63,187 bases of DNA, filler included, from Dugesia japonica (GCA_001938525.1; 6 parts of 6 records of this genome joined end to end with filler, not necessarily neighbours in it), one strand, 5' to 3'; numbered from the whole stretch's first letter, positions 39,261 to 53,252 are shown. Translations and numbers: made by a program. Notes: a model not told the origin generated them from the letters alone.

Positions 39261-42068
39261 ATTATATTAATTAATTATAATTAATGTTATTTAAAATTGA
39301 TTTTTGTTAAATCATATTAAATAAAATATGTCAAACAATTATTAATTATTAAATAATTTTGTTTTAGCATATTACTTAAATATGACCGGAATGGAATAAT
39401 TTCATATTATTCCATCATTATTCCGACATTTTAACAATATCAAGTAAGATTTTTATTTAATTTGCTATATTATTAATTTTATTTTAGATTATTTAGGAAA
39501 ACTTATTATGATTTGTCTTAGATGTAGTATGACAATTTATTATGATCAATGTTATGAAATCTTATTCTGGTAAATGTTGCTATCAATATGATAAACTATG
39601 ACATTAAGTAAGGATTTATTTTTATTAAACAGTAATGATTTTCTTAAATTGTAATAATTTTTGTAATGATTTTATTTTAAGTTAAAGGTTTCGAGTTTAA
39701 TGTTTTAAAATTATTAATTTCTTTTCAGTTAATAAATTGATTTTCAGTTAATAATTGTTATGAATTCTTAATGATATGGTTAAAGTTATTGGAAATATGG
39801 TAACTTATTACAAATTATGATCATTGTTATTTGAGAATAACTAAAGATTTACTTTTATTTAAATTAAATGGTAATAATTTTATTTAAATGGAAATGTTTT
39901 TCTTAAATGATTTAACTCAATAAACTTTTACTAATGCTTTTCTTTATTGGTAATAAGTAATGATTTTCTATTATGATTTAATTTAAAGATTTTTTAAATG
40001 ACAGTTGACTTTGAATTCTTTACCATTTTGCGGATCTGTTCCTAGCCAAATATTGGCGTTGACGACTAACTGTTTTTATGTTATAAAGGTTATACAGTTG
40101 AATCAATGTATATTTGAGACCGGATGTGAACGGTTGGCAGCATTGCTGCCAGAGATGCACATACTGTAATAAAGCTTAGTCCAGTTAAAACTACACAAAC
40201 TGATCGATAAGTTCAATCATGAACGAACTCGATTGGATGCTAACGGATTCGCTCTGTATTTTCCATATAATTATCATTTGGATGATATCAAGCTTGATAT
40301 ATAAAATATTTTTTAAAATTCCTATGTTCTTTCTTGTGCGAATTTCTTGCAAAGGATCCATTTTTCGATACTAAATTTTTAAACAATGTATAGGTAGTTT
40401 TTAATTGCCCACTCAATAGTATTAAATGAAAGTCTTGATAATTAAAATTATAGGCTGGCCGCAGTTTTTAAACTTAAAAGTTTTAAATCTTTAATATCAC
40501 GTGACAAACACATTAGATTGAAATTCTGAGATAGCAGTTCTTCAAGATTTTACAATTCTAACGATTCTATGTTTGTTATCATAGCATGTATCTACTCGTT
40601 TTAATAGTAATTTTAATAGTGATGAATTTATGTGATTCCATGCGCCACTATCTATCTAGTAGATTGTTCTTCATTTTTTGACATGAAGAAAACATTTTTC
40701 GACATGAAGAAAACATTTTTCGCCATAAATACTTTTTCATAAATTTTGTATGGATGTGTTCCTATCTTACTTTTTCATTTTCTCTCTAAAGGTGGAAACC
40801 AATGACCTAGATCACTTCATCAGGAAAGGAGAATTTGATACATAAGGAAACATTTTTGATGAAACAATTTATAGGTAATTTTTTTATGCTGATTACAATG
40901 GTTTTAATGTCTTTTTGTATATATTGTTATTACATTATATATATATATATATATAATCATTATACTAATTCAGTGCACCACGTTATTTATTTTGAGAACG
41001 AGACATTATAAAACTAAGATTCTTTAGTTAATGTATAAGTAGTATTTATTTTCCTATCAAATAATCCGAAGATCAACTTGATTCCATCAAATCAATATCA
41101 ACTTATCAATATTAAATCATTAATAACCTCTTACCATCACGCTTGATTGAACCGAAGATTGCACTATGAGATCCCTCACTGCATTGTGCATCCAACAATA
41201 CCATGGGGATAATTGTACAATAAAGTATTGTCGTATTGGCTGAAATACCTACCAATTGAAAAGTTCTGCAGAAAGCCGCATTAAGAAATCGCTCAATAAT
41301 AGACTCAGCACACCTTAAAAAAATTGGGACCCGTTCCGTAATAAAAAAATATTAAGAGGAAATATGAATCTCATAATTTAAAAGTCGCATGCATAAAAAG
41401 AGGCCCAAGTATAATTAAAATTACCGGAAATAAGTAAAATGAATATTATCAGTCACATAATAAATAAGATTCAAATGTTTTATGAACAGAACAAACAAAA
41501 TATCAGTATTGATATTTGATTTTGATTTGTAAAAAACCGTTTATTAAGTTAACCGGAGACCATTTTCTATTGAAAGCATTAAAACATTATGTTGCCATGT
41601 GTATAGCGCATAATTGTTATGTGTGTATTTTCATTTGTAAAGTAACCGAACGCTGGTGTCATATATTTATATTAAGGAATTAATTTTCTTATTGGCATGA
41701 AATTAAATTTAAATCAAGTTTAGTTAAATTAAAATTTCCTGAATATCAAAAATCAATATCAATCCAACAGTAGAAAAACGAACACATGTATTAATTATAA
41801 ACGATTAGGATTTGAGTAGTTCGAAAATGTTCGAAACAACAAAATTTAAAATAAAAATCTATTTACCAACAGTCGAATAGTATTATCAAAAGTAAAATTA
41901 AATTGTATGAAATGAAATGGCAATCAGATAATAAAAATTAGCAAAAATTAGAATTATCTTACAAACTGAATTAGTATTAATAGAACAATTCATTCATTAT
42001 TCATTCATATTGTGATTTGTTTTATTGGACTACTCATTATAAACCATAAAATAATTTGATAATTTGAA

Positions 42069-43105
42069 ATGTATAAATTAGACCTTCCCGTCGATCAAAA
42101 AGAAGCCGCTATTATAAATCATCGGAGGTCACGGGAAGAACAACGTCAAAGTAGGATTTTTAATAGTAAAACAAGACAAATCGGTGTAATATTTTCTTAT
42201 TTGTATTATTTTAAAAATAAAACTACTGACTAGATTGATAAACAAGCTCTTGATCAACAGATTAAAGATAAAAAGGAAAGAGAATGTATAGAAAGAAATG
42301 TTGAGTTGGCTTATGGTAATGAATTACTTACAAAATATTATTNNNNNNNNNNNNNNNNNNNNNNNNNNNNNNNNNNNNNNNNNNNNNNNNNNNNNNNNNN
42401 NNNNNNNNNNNNNNNNNNNNNNNNNNNNNNGAATTAAATAAAATTTTAAATGAATTTCGGGCATTCCATCAACAACCGGAAACTAGAAGAGAATGGGATC
42501 TTTATGATCCGGATGCATTGAAAAAAGATAAACCCGCACGAGTTTGTGATGATGATCCCAGATGTGGAATTTCAAGCATGCAAAAATTTGATGGAGAAGA
42601 TCTAAACAACAAAGCACGAACGAAATATCAGAAAGAACAAATGAATGATTGGAATGAACGACAAAAAGCAGATAAAGAAAGAGCAGAACAAGCTCAAAAA
42701 GAAGCAGATAGGTTTCAATTAAATTTAAAAGAATAGATTAATTAATTAATTAATATCTTAAGACTTTATGATTTAAAAAGACGTGAAATGGATGAACGCG
42801 CTTGTGATTTAGCTGCGGCAGAGGAAGCATGTCGTCGTGCAATGAATATTGCTAATAGTCAATATAATGTTGCTTTAATTAACGAAATGAATGAAAGGGA
42901 AAGATTAAAAAAACAACAAGAGACCGATGATACTTTAACTGCCATAGCAAACGCACTTTATAGCGATTTATTAACCGAAAATCCAGCTCAAGCTACTTCT
43001 TCATTCGGGCCTGGAAGAGTCATTCCGGATCGATTTAAAGGAATGACTCCAGAACAGCTTAATGAAATATATAAACAGCAAGAAGATCAAATGAAAGATA
43101 ATAAA
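42069..43105 (+). CDS. RIB43A-like coiled-coil ciliary microtubule inner protein (RIBC family), 5' exons 42069-42185, 42234-42315, (gap)-42711, 42763-43105; 3' end missing
   Basis: MYKLDLPVD..RIFNSKTRQIG/IDKQALDQQI; RREWDLYDPDALKKDKPARVCDDDPRCGISSMQKFDGEDL; DLLTENPAQA..RVIPDRFKGMTPEQL; canonical short introns. Confidence 0.93.
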
Positions 43106-43809
43106 GTAGATTGATATAATAATAATAATAATAATAANNNNNNNNNNNNNNNNNNNNNNNNNNNNNNNNNNNNNNNNNNNNTTAATTAATTAANNNNNNN
43201 NNNNNNNNNNNNNNNNNNNNNNNNNNNNNNNNNNNNNTAGAAATAAATGTTATCAACAGAAGAAAGTGTTTTTAATGTAGGGTATGTAGGCCCAACCCCT
43301 AATATATACAAATAATATATTGTCCAAAAAATTAATTGTCATAAATAGTCAAATAATTGTCAGAAAATAAATTAGTCAATTATGGATGAATGGATTGAAC
43401 TGTTTGGTTTTCTTGTTGGATTGTTGAATTATTGGATATTGAATTGATTGATTATCAAATGTTGAATAAATCAAATATTGATTGATTCAGGTGTTGTCTG
43501 TTTGTGTTTTGTGTGTGTTTGTATTATGTATTGTTACATGTTTTAATTGTTGCTTTCCTCAACACTATATAAATCAGGTACAGTGATTCTGAATCTAAAT
43601 AACTATTGCAATGCGTTTTTTCGATATTGTATTTACAAAAGCAAGTATCCATATTTTTAATTATAAACAAAACCTTTATTTTGATCGATTCTATTTAAAA
43701 ATGCAACAAAAAAGACTTTGAATTGATTTGGAAAGTAACGTTTTCAGTTACAATTATTTGCAACTTCGAGCCTACTCAATGTTTAGATTACATATGATTT
43801 CATAATGCA

Positions 43810-46800
43810 TGTTAGTTACAGATAAATTTTCTGAAAAGTCCATTAAATTAAATAAAATTTTATTTATGAAACGAAATTTCAAATCTTTAAATCTTATTTT
43901 TAAATAGTGAATATTTAAACCACGTTTTCAAATATTTAAAAAAATTCTTGAAATCTTTAAAAATTTTCTTTTACATAATTTTAAAGGCTTTTCTACGTTT
44001 CTTTTTTTAGCACTTTTCCATTTGCATTTCGTATACGATATCTTCTCTCATATACCTTCTCTGTGATCTTGTATGGGCCAGTGTATTTTTCATTGTCTTT
44101 TGGTCTAGTATCTACTTTTATCAATACTTCATCTCCCACTTGGATTTGTCTTTTTGTAGGTGTTTCCTCCATCGACTCTTTGTCATCTCTTTGGTTGTCA
44201 AACCATTGTTCTCTGTGAATTCTCCTACCGAATATTAATTCTGCTGTTGATATCCCCAATGGCTTTTGCCTTGTTGCATTCATCATGTATTCGATCTCCG
44301 ATCTCCTGTTTCACCAATCCTTTCTTCTATCTTTTTCTGCAGCAGCGTTAATACAGTCTCTGATTAGGTTGAATTTTCTCTCTATAATCCCGTTTGCATT
44401 GTAATGGTATGGACTTGAAAAATGTACTTCTATACTCATCGATCTCATTAGATTCTAGAAATCTATTGATTCAAATGTTTTACCAATGTTTACGTGAATT
44501 CTTTTGGTGCTCCAAATTTCAGTGTCCATTTTTCCATGATCACTTTTTAATCGTCTCATCATCTAGCTTGCTGATTGCCGCTAGGCATATATATCGACTG
44601 TATTGGTCTATTATTCCACATTTATATCCTCGTTTGTTCACAGTCTCTCAAAAAGGTTCACATGTTTCCAAATATATCTTTTTTAATGGAAAATTTGCGC
44701 TTAATTTTACTGCTGTCTCTTTTGTTGCCACAGTATTAACTTTGTTCTTTTGGTACGCTTCACACTGTCTTATCACTTCTGTGATTGTCTTCTTCAGTTT
44801 TTTCATGTCGCATTTGCTGATTATGTAGCTGATCATTTTCTCTGTTCCTGAATGTATTAACAATGTATGTATCTCTTTGATCATTGATATTCTTTTTCCT
44901 CTTGAAATCCAAATTTTTTCATCACTTGTTTTCACTATATTACTTTCGACTCTATACTTTGAATCCTTTCCTTCTTGAAAATCTCCTTTGATTAGTTTGA
45001 TTTCCTCTATTCTCTCTTTCCATTTACATCTCTCTATCTTTGTCATTTGATTTATTTGTCTTGTTTTCATCTTTTTCATCTTTGGATCTTAATGTTGCAT
45101 TTTTCATTGAGTGCACGTTCCGCATTTCATTCTTGAGAGCATATCTGCGTTTTTGAGAGACTGTGAACAAACGAGGATATCTGCATTCGCGTGTTTTTTG
45201 CCTTGTTTATATATTAGTTCTATGTCTAAGTTGCTAAGGTAATTCATCCATGTCTGGAACTGAAGTTTTATCGGTTTGTTAGTCTTTTTCATTAATACGA
45301 TGGTTTTGTGATCTGTTGTCGTTATGAATATTTTCCAAATAAATAATGTTTAAAGTGGTTGCAGAAGTAGTAGATTGCTAGTAATTCCTTCCGTGTGATA
45401 CAATAACCCCTTCTCATGTGATATCATTGCATGTGAGCCGTAAGCAATAACTTTTTCTCTTTTATTATCATCATTTTGTGATAGTACCGCTGCTATTGCG
45501 TCGACGCTGGCGTAAGTATCTAAAAAAATGTCTTCTTTATATCACGGAATCCCAGAATAGGTGCTTCCATCAGTGCTTGTTTCATTTCTGCGAAAGCTTT
45601 CTCACATTCATTTGACCATATTAGCTTCGTGCTGTTGCTTCCACATAATTCTTCTAGGGCTCTTGATTTCTTTGAATAATTCTTGATGAAACTCCTGAAA
45701 TAATTGCATATTCCGAGGAAGCTTTTTAGGCTCTTTACGCATTTGGATTTCTCAAAATTCTTGATAGCTTCGATTTTCATTGGGTCGGTTCAAATTCCTT
45801 GTTTCTTTATTATGTGACCAAGGAATTTCACTTCTTCGCGTAATAGGTTATATTTTTATAGATTTACTAGCAGCTCTGCCTTTTGAATCCGCCTTAATAC
45901 CTGACGCTGAGTTATATAATACTCTTTTAGTCCTTCTGAGAATATCATTATGTCATCTATATACACTATTGCTCCATCTAGACCGTCAAATACTTTCGTC
46001 ATTAAATCTTGGAATGTTCTAGGGGCTGCTGTGCCATTTATGTCAAAAATGCTATTTTCTCTTGTGACATTTCTTTAAGGGTACTTGGTAATACGCGTTT
46101 CCGAAGTCTATGGTACTGAAATATTTATTCCCATACAAATTGTCTAACATTTTCTCCACGTTTAGCATTGGGAAGGCCTATCGTTCTGTAATTGCGTTCA
46201 GTTTCCTGAAATTCAAGCAAAGTCTCCCATCTTTTCTTTCTTTCTTCCAGACACATATCAGTGGTGTGTTCCACTGTGAATTACATTTTGTTATAATATT
46301 GGCGTCCTCTAAATTTTCTATGGTTGTATCTATTTTTTCTTCTAGATTCATAGATTGTCTCATTACCCTTTGTCACTATCTTGTGTTTCGCTAACATTCG
46401 ACATCCCAGTTATCTGGCATGAATACTCCTTGATTTTGTACTATTACCTTTTCTAGTTTTTCGTCTCGTTTTTTCATCAAAATTCTTAAACTTCTCTGTT
46501 TTCTTTCAGCATTTTCAATTTTCCGGCCAAACCTTGAGTTCGGTTAACTTCTGAGAAACGTTTTTATGTCATGCCTTTTTTACTGCATTGGTATAACTCT
46601 CCACCGTATTTATATTATCTGTTTTTTTCAGGACCTCCTTTACTTCATCATTTGTTTTATCGTCTCAAATATCTCTTCCTAGTTAACTAGTTTGCCTCCT
46701 TTAATCTTTATTTGCATCCTTTTATCGTGGCAACTATTGAATATTAATTCTTTTGTCATCTCTTCTTTATCTAGTTTGTGTGCAAAGATTTAATCGACCA

Positions 46801-47302
46801 ATGCTAAAATCTTTTTTTTGTACACATAAACGTGTTTATCGGTTTTCTTATATTTTAAAGCTTCCTCCAAGTCTTGTATAAGAGTATTCTTTTTTGTGGA
46901 AGGCTTTCCTCAGTTAGTCCTCAAAATCTAATAATTCATCCTGGCATTCATATGCTTCTCTTAATTCACGATCAATTAAGCCAACCACCAAGAGGTTTTC
47001 ATCCTTTTTCTTTACACCAATACATTCCAAGTATTTGGTGCAACCATTGATAAACTGTTCAATATCGTCACCATGCCGGTAAATTCCTGGGTGTAGTGCT
47101 TCTCAAATGAGGTCCATTGAATCGTTGGTCACCATGTTAGTTACAGATGAACTTTCTGAAAACTCCATTAAATTCAATAACATTTTATTTATGAAACGAA
47201 ATTTCAAATCTTCAAATCTTATTTTTAAATTCTGAATATTTAAACAACGTTTTCAAATATTTTAAAAAATTCTTGATATCTTTTATAACATTTTCTTTTA
47301 CA
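43810..47302 (-). mobile_element. Decayed Ty3/Gypsy element with both LTRs (43810-43975, 47135-47302)
   Basis: Similar ~167-bp TG..CA LTRs; PBS TGGTGACCAACG at 47134-47123; gag, RT (RLCLNFRKLN, FLGICNYFR), RH and INT (YTGPY) remnants; protease deleted; no TSD seen. Confidence 0.9.
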
Positions 47303-48014
47303 AACTTTTAATTTTAATTTTCAATTTTTCATTGAATAAATACAAATGTTATAAAACATGAACAACACGCAACAGCCAGATGCCAATGCGCCATTTTATT
47401 TTCCATTAAAGTTATTTTCATTAAATATCGTAAACGAAAATTTTTAGATTGTAGCAATATGAGAATTTTGTTATTAATTATTTTTCTTTTTTGAAATGCT
47501 GATCAAATTTGGAGCCCTTTCTGATTACTCACTTGCACCAAATGTGCTATTTTCTAAATCCTTCTTTCAGCTCTGAAAGTAATAACGATATTAAGGATTA
47601 TCATTATGATAATTATTATTATTATAAGTGTTATTAGTAGCTATTANNNNNNNNNNNNNNNNNNNNNNNNNNNNNNNNNNNNNNNNNNNNNNNNNNNNNN
47701 NNNNNNNNNNNNNNNNNNNNNNNNNNNNNNNNNNNNNNNNNNNNNNNNNNNNNNNNNNNNNNNNNNNNNNNNNNNNNNNNNNNNGCATTTACAATTTTTT
47801 TTATTTTTATGTTATTTAATTTAGATGTTTGTGGTCCCCGACTAGACAATATTCAAATGAACTTGTAAAAACGCGAGAATATTTGGCAGAAATATCTTTT
47901 GAAGTTGATAATGTGGTAAATTATTTTTATTATCATTTTTATTGCTGAGTATCTAAGTCAACAAAAGACAAATTTTATTTCGTACGAATAAATTTAATTA
48001 GTGTCTGTGGAAAT

Positions 48015-48294
48015 TATTTTCATCAATAGTATTTATATACGTAGCTCAATAATTTTTTTTAAAGATTTTTTTTAAAATTTTATTTTTTGGAAATTTTTTT
48101 TAAGGTCAGCTTCTTTGGTTTTTTTTCAAGGTCATCATATTTTTTGAATTATCTATAATTCTTATCGGACAGTCAAAAATTTGGTATTATTAGACGCGTC
48201 TTAAACCAAAATGGCTGACCTTAAAAAAAAATTTTTTAAAAATTCTTAAAAAAAAATTATTGAGCTTCATGTATAAATACTATTGATGAAAATA
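48015..48294. mobile_element. MITE with long imperfect terminal inverted repeats
   Basis: TATTTTCATCAATAGTATTTATA...TATAAATACTATTGATGAAAATA plus inner AAGGTCAGC/GCTGACCTT. Confidence 0.75.
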
Positions 48295-48321
48295 GTTATG
48301 TTAATGCATTACTATATAAAC

Positions 48322-48549
48322 CAGTGGTTATTAACCTTTTAGGGTTGGTGGAGCACATTTAATTACATGAAACTTTCCCGGGGCATCAGAACTAATTAAT
48401 ATTAATTCCAGTAATTAATATTGATTTTAATATATCAAATCTTTTATTTATTCAAATTAAATAATAATTATATACATAAAATAATTATAATTGTATTTTT
48501 TGGCGGAGCACCTGAGATAAGGTTGCGGAGCATCAGTTAAAAATCACCG
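48322..48549. mobile_element. hAT (Charlie-like) MITE
   Basis: TIRs CAGTGGTTATTAAC / GTTAAAAATCACCG; perfect 8-bp TSD ATATAAAC on both sides. Confidence 0.88.
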
Positions 48550-48608
48550 ATATAAACGTATAGTGCGTACTCGTATAAATGAGTGATATAGGTGTTCCTT
48601 TTTGTAAT

Positions 48609-51099
48609 TATTAAGAAAATTTTAAAAATTTAAAAATAATTAAAAAAATTTCAACCAATAGTATTTGTTGAAATTAAGTTAAATGATTTTTTAGTTTCTA
48701 TTTCAGAAAAATTTTTAAAATTTAGATAGTTGTGATTTTGAAATAAAATGTTTGAAATTAATTGCTCTAATTTTAGAAATAAATTATCAATTGAAGAATT
48801 ACTTAACATGGTGGCAACGGTAAATACCGATTCTATTACAGAGAGGTTATTGTCGAATGTGTTCTGTAGAGGAGAAACCTGTAAATCATACAGTGAATAG
48901 TCATGTAGATTAAAGAAAAGAAAAACAAAATATTGAATGTTGGCTATGCCATATGATTGGTCATATCAAAGCAAATGTCCAACAAAGAAAGTAGTAGAAT
49001 GTTAGACTTCTCGTAAAAAAAGGACATATAAGTCGAGTTTGCCCAGATAAAAAAACCAAAAGATTTTTTGGTTGTGGAAAGGTGGGACACGTTAGAAGGT
49101 TATGTCAAAAGGTAAGATGTAAGAGATTTGGAAATGATAAATATAGGGCAGAATAGTGTTACACAAATTTAAAATTAAAAGAACAACCAAGAAACTTGTA
49201 AATAATGGAGGGCCAAGAAATGGATATAACCAAATTTATGCAATTGCAGACGCAGAAGTTAATTCAAACGATGAATATGAGGAAGTATATGAAAGTGATT
49301 CTGAAAGGCAGTACCCAAAAGGCAGGGCGCAACCAGTAGAGGAGTTGGTCTGAGCCATCCATTGCTAAATGAAGTGGTCAAAAAGTTGGATGATATTGGA
49401 AAAGTTTCAGAAAAAGTATACAGATTCTTAAAGAGGGAAAATTTTGGGATGATTGAAAATAGAATGGGTTGGAACNNNNNNNNNNNNNNNNNNNNNNNNN
49501 NNNNNNNNNNNNNNNNNNNNNNNNNNNNNNNNNNNNNNNNNNNNNNNNNNNNNNNNNNNNNNNNNNNNNNNNNNNNNNNNNNNNNNNNNNNNNNNNNNNN
49601 NNNNNNNNNNNNNNNNNNNNNNNNNNNNNNNNNNNNNGATGAAAGATTGCGTTGTGCAAATAATAGTACACTTGAAATTGTTGGGAAAGTTAGAACCAGA
49701 GTGATAATTGACGAAGTTTGCAAAAAGATTACGTCCTTAGTTGTTGAAAGAGTAACACCAGATTTGATAGGAGGAATGTTATCAGGAATTGACTTTTTAG
49801 TCAAAAAAGTCAATTCCTGATGAAGACAAGGTCGAAATATCAAATTGTTATCCAATATCAATAATTAAAACCTAAATTTTGATCAAAGCTTTTATATTAA
49901 ATGAATTCTATAAAACGATCCATGGTTAAGTCCAACAATTATTCTCGTAATAATTGCAATTGTAAAACAATTAAACATAATCAAAAAAATTCAAATTTCG
50001 GAAGACAAAATACGTGGAACAATAGAAGAAATACATAAATTATTATGTCATGCAGGAGTTGAAAATGTGTACGAATAGATGAGAAACAAGTACATTGCCA
50101 AGAATTCGTGGAGCGAAATATACAGAAGATAGTTCGTAGTTGTGAAATTTGTCAGAATACCAGAGTAGTGACAACAGCAACTAAAAAGAAGACAAGGTGA
50201 CTAGAAGGTACCAATTTGTTTGAAGTCATATTTACACATATATGTGGACAATTTCGGGAATCTGTGGACGTAATAAATATATACTCGGAATAATAGACAA
50301 GTTCAGTAAATATCTGGTTCTTATAGCACTCCCTAGACAAGACGAGGAAACAATACGAAAAGCTATTTTTGAGAAGTGGATTTTGAGATTTGGATGTCTA
50401 AAAGAAATAAGGCTAGATTGTTGAAGAGTCTTTGAATCCAGAGTTATGAGAGAGTTAGCACAGACATTAATCTGTGCTTTTTGAGTCCTTATCATCACAA
50501 TGCAAATGAAAGAATTTAGAGACAGTTCAGGACAATTCGAGATTTAATCTCTCTCACTTTGTGAGAGAAAGACAACTGATTGGGGAGATCTTTTACCGGA
50601 AATAGAATTTACAATGAACGCAACAAAGCAAAAGACAACTGGAAAGAGCCCGTTTGAGATTATTTTTGGAAAGAAAATTAGCAGAAAAAAGTTATACGAG
50701 TCAGAATTTTAAGGAAGCACTAAGGGAAACATTTCAGAATTGACTACAAATGGAGAATTCAACGTAGGAGATTATGTTCTCATCAAGATAAAAGCAAGAA
50801 ATAAAAGCCAAGACAGATTTGAAGGCCCTTTTCGAATAATTGAGAAAATTCACGAAAGAAGGTATGCAGTACAAGGAGAAAATGGAAAGAGATTGGAGAG
50901 AAATGTGAAAAACTTAGAAAGTTCTTAAAAAGGGGGATATAAAGAAAATTTAAAAAATCAAAAATAATTAAAAATTTTCAACCAATGGAAATTTTTGAAA
51001 TTAAGTTAAATAATTTTGTAGTTTCTATTTCAGAAGAATTTATAATATTTTTTAGTTGTGATTTTGAAAATAAATTATCAACTAAAAAATTACTTTAGA
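48609..51099 (+). mobile_element. Internally deleted Ty3/Gypsy element (LTRs ~48609-48808 and ~50938-51099; gag, PR, INT; RT/RH lost)
   Basis: PBS TGGTGGCAACGGT (48809-48821, tRNA-Leu-like); several knuckle remnants; RLRCANNSTLEIVG; KYILGIIDKFSKY; RFEGPF; PPT AAAAAGGGGGA. Confidence 0.85.
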
Positions 51100-51645
51100 C
51101 AAATTTATTTATTGTAAGAAAAATACACAGGTACTTTTGTAGAAAATGAAAAGGCTAAAAATGCGATACTTATTTATACTTATTTTGGCTTACACAATAC
51201 AATATTTTCAAAAAAAATAAAAATATACACAAAAGAATTACTAGGATGCTATTAACTAATAACCTGATAGGATAAACGAAGAATTAGATCTGGTGTCCTG
51301 ATTCAGACTTTTAGAATAGAACAGGTAACTCACCCTATTGTAGGTGATAACTATCATTCCTTTCAATTGGGTTCTTTAATATTTTGCTTCTCGTTTTGGC
51401 TAAACTTTTGTAACTTTTCGTTTCCTAATAATTCCGACCGTGCTGTTTCTCTTTATTTTCCTACACCTTTGATAATTATGCCCGATATTCTCCAGTCAAT
51501 TAGTCAAATATTGTTTTAATAAACAATTTTCAAGTAAGAATTATATTATTGTATCCGAAGATGACAGTTATAATGTAAAAACATGTTATACAAAAATATA
51601 TATTTAAATGGCGTTTCAAAGCGTATATATATATATATATATATA

Positions 51646-51817
51646 TAGGGTGTATCATAAGTTTCCAAATATATGAAAAATAAATATAAAAACGAAAGGT
51701 AAACCTTTTTTATTTATATAACATGCTCAACAATGCCATTATTGTTCTGGAAACACATTTTCATGCGTATTAATTTTAAAGATTTTACCTATGTATTAAA
51801 ACTTATGGAACACCCTA
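51646..51817. mobile_element. Tc1/mariner-type MITE next to (TA)n
   Basis: TIRs TAGGGTGTATCATAAGTTT / AAACTTATGGAACACCCTA. Confidence 0.7.
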
Positions 51818-53072
51818 AATATATTCAAATTATTTAGCTTTTATTTATATTTAAAAATATATATGGTATATCATGTTTCGGAGTGGGCCTCAAATAAAGT
51901 GTGACAATTTGTAACAGTGGGTTAGGGTAAAGATCATAAAAAAACACAAATTTTTTTTCTTATCAAAAATATAAAACCTGGAATTAACAGTGCTGTTTAA
52001 TTTTCTGTTGTGATGAATGTGTTTTAATAGAGGATACACTACCAAAGTATAGTAATTATAATGTTATAATGCAACATTAAATATAAATCTTAAGTAACTT
52101 ACGTCATTAGTGCCTCAATTTATATTTCTATGTTGTGGGCTGCTTAAAAGTGTGATGTACTTTAGGGAAGGGTCAAGATGTGTCAAAGGGAAAGAAAAGG
52201 TTAAGTTGTCAGAAATAGCGTGATATACTTATAGGGCAGCCTCAAAAGGTTAGTATGCTTTTTATGTTCTATTAAAAACAGATGCTTCTTTAAAAAACAT
52301 AAGTTCTTATAAATGAACCCTAGTCAACTATAAAGTTAATAAAAAGGCGCGTGGGAATTAAATAATCAAAATTATTTGAGCAAATAAATTTGGATATTAT
52401 TATAAATTTATGATACCTTCACTTTGATGTATTTGGATGTTGTGATCTAATTCACTGAAAATAAGAAATTACTTCAAAATAACATAAAATATATAATGGA
52501 ACAATATGTAAATATATGAATAAATTGTAATTCTAGTAAATTTGTAGATGTTCCAAGTAGCCATGTTTATTAAATAAACATCATTCGATCCTTGAATAAA
52601 CATCATTCGATGTTACAATTTCAAAACTTAACATTACAGACGGTTTTGAATAATCCAATTCTTTGTTTTTTTTACCGTACATTCTGATTTTTATTTATTT
52701 GATAAATGATAACACGGAATGTTTTAAAATGTGAATAGTAATACTGTTTTACTATTATTATTCAAATATATATATATATATTCATAATTAACTCTTTATA
52801 GCCCATTTTTTGTCACTTGAAGGTAAAGAACTTTGTAAATGAAAAAACGTCATTCTGAGCAGTTTAGAAAATATTTAAGCGTTAATAACACAATGTCATG
52901 TCCACATTTAATAAGCATGTATTGTTTTAGATCCAAAGTGGGACTAATGTGTTTTAGCTAAACTATTACCAGAATGCCTATAAGAAGAGAATGTTGCTTT
53001 GAAGAAACACAGAGCTATATAATGTTAAGGATTAGAATAGATCATAGAGATATTTATAATGATAATGTCTCA

Positions 53073-53074
<2 letters not shown>

Positions 53075-53141
<67 letters not shown>

Positions 53142-53197
53142 NNNNNNNNNNNNNNNNNNNNNNNNNNNNNNNNNNNNNNNNNNNNNNNNNNNNNNNN

Positions 53198-53234
<37 letters not shown>
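53075..53234. repeat. (AAT)n microsatellite; others at ~33982-34020, 43119-43137, 53636-53699
   Basis: Read directly. Confidence 0.95.

Positions 53235-53252
<18 letters not shown>

Noticed and set aside
12971-40657. One contiguous ~28-kb Polinton containing MCP, integrase, PolB and PLA2
   Set aside because: The pieces lie on different scaffolds separated by artificial linkers, and host genes and Gypsy elements intervene.
52137-52243. Possible PIF/Harbinger MITE; also a Tigger-like MITE at ~22062-22212 and a lone hAT end CTACGCCACTG at ~59050-59060
   Set aside because: TIRs are too degraded or unpaired, and no TSD could be confirmed.
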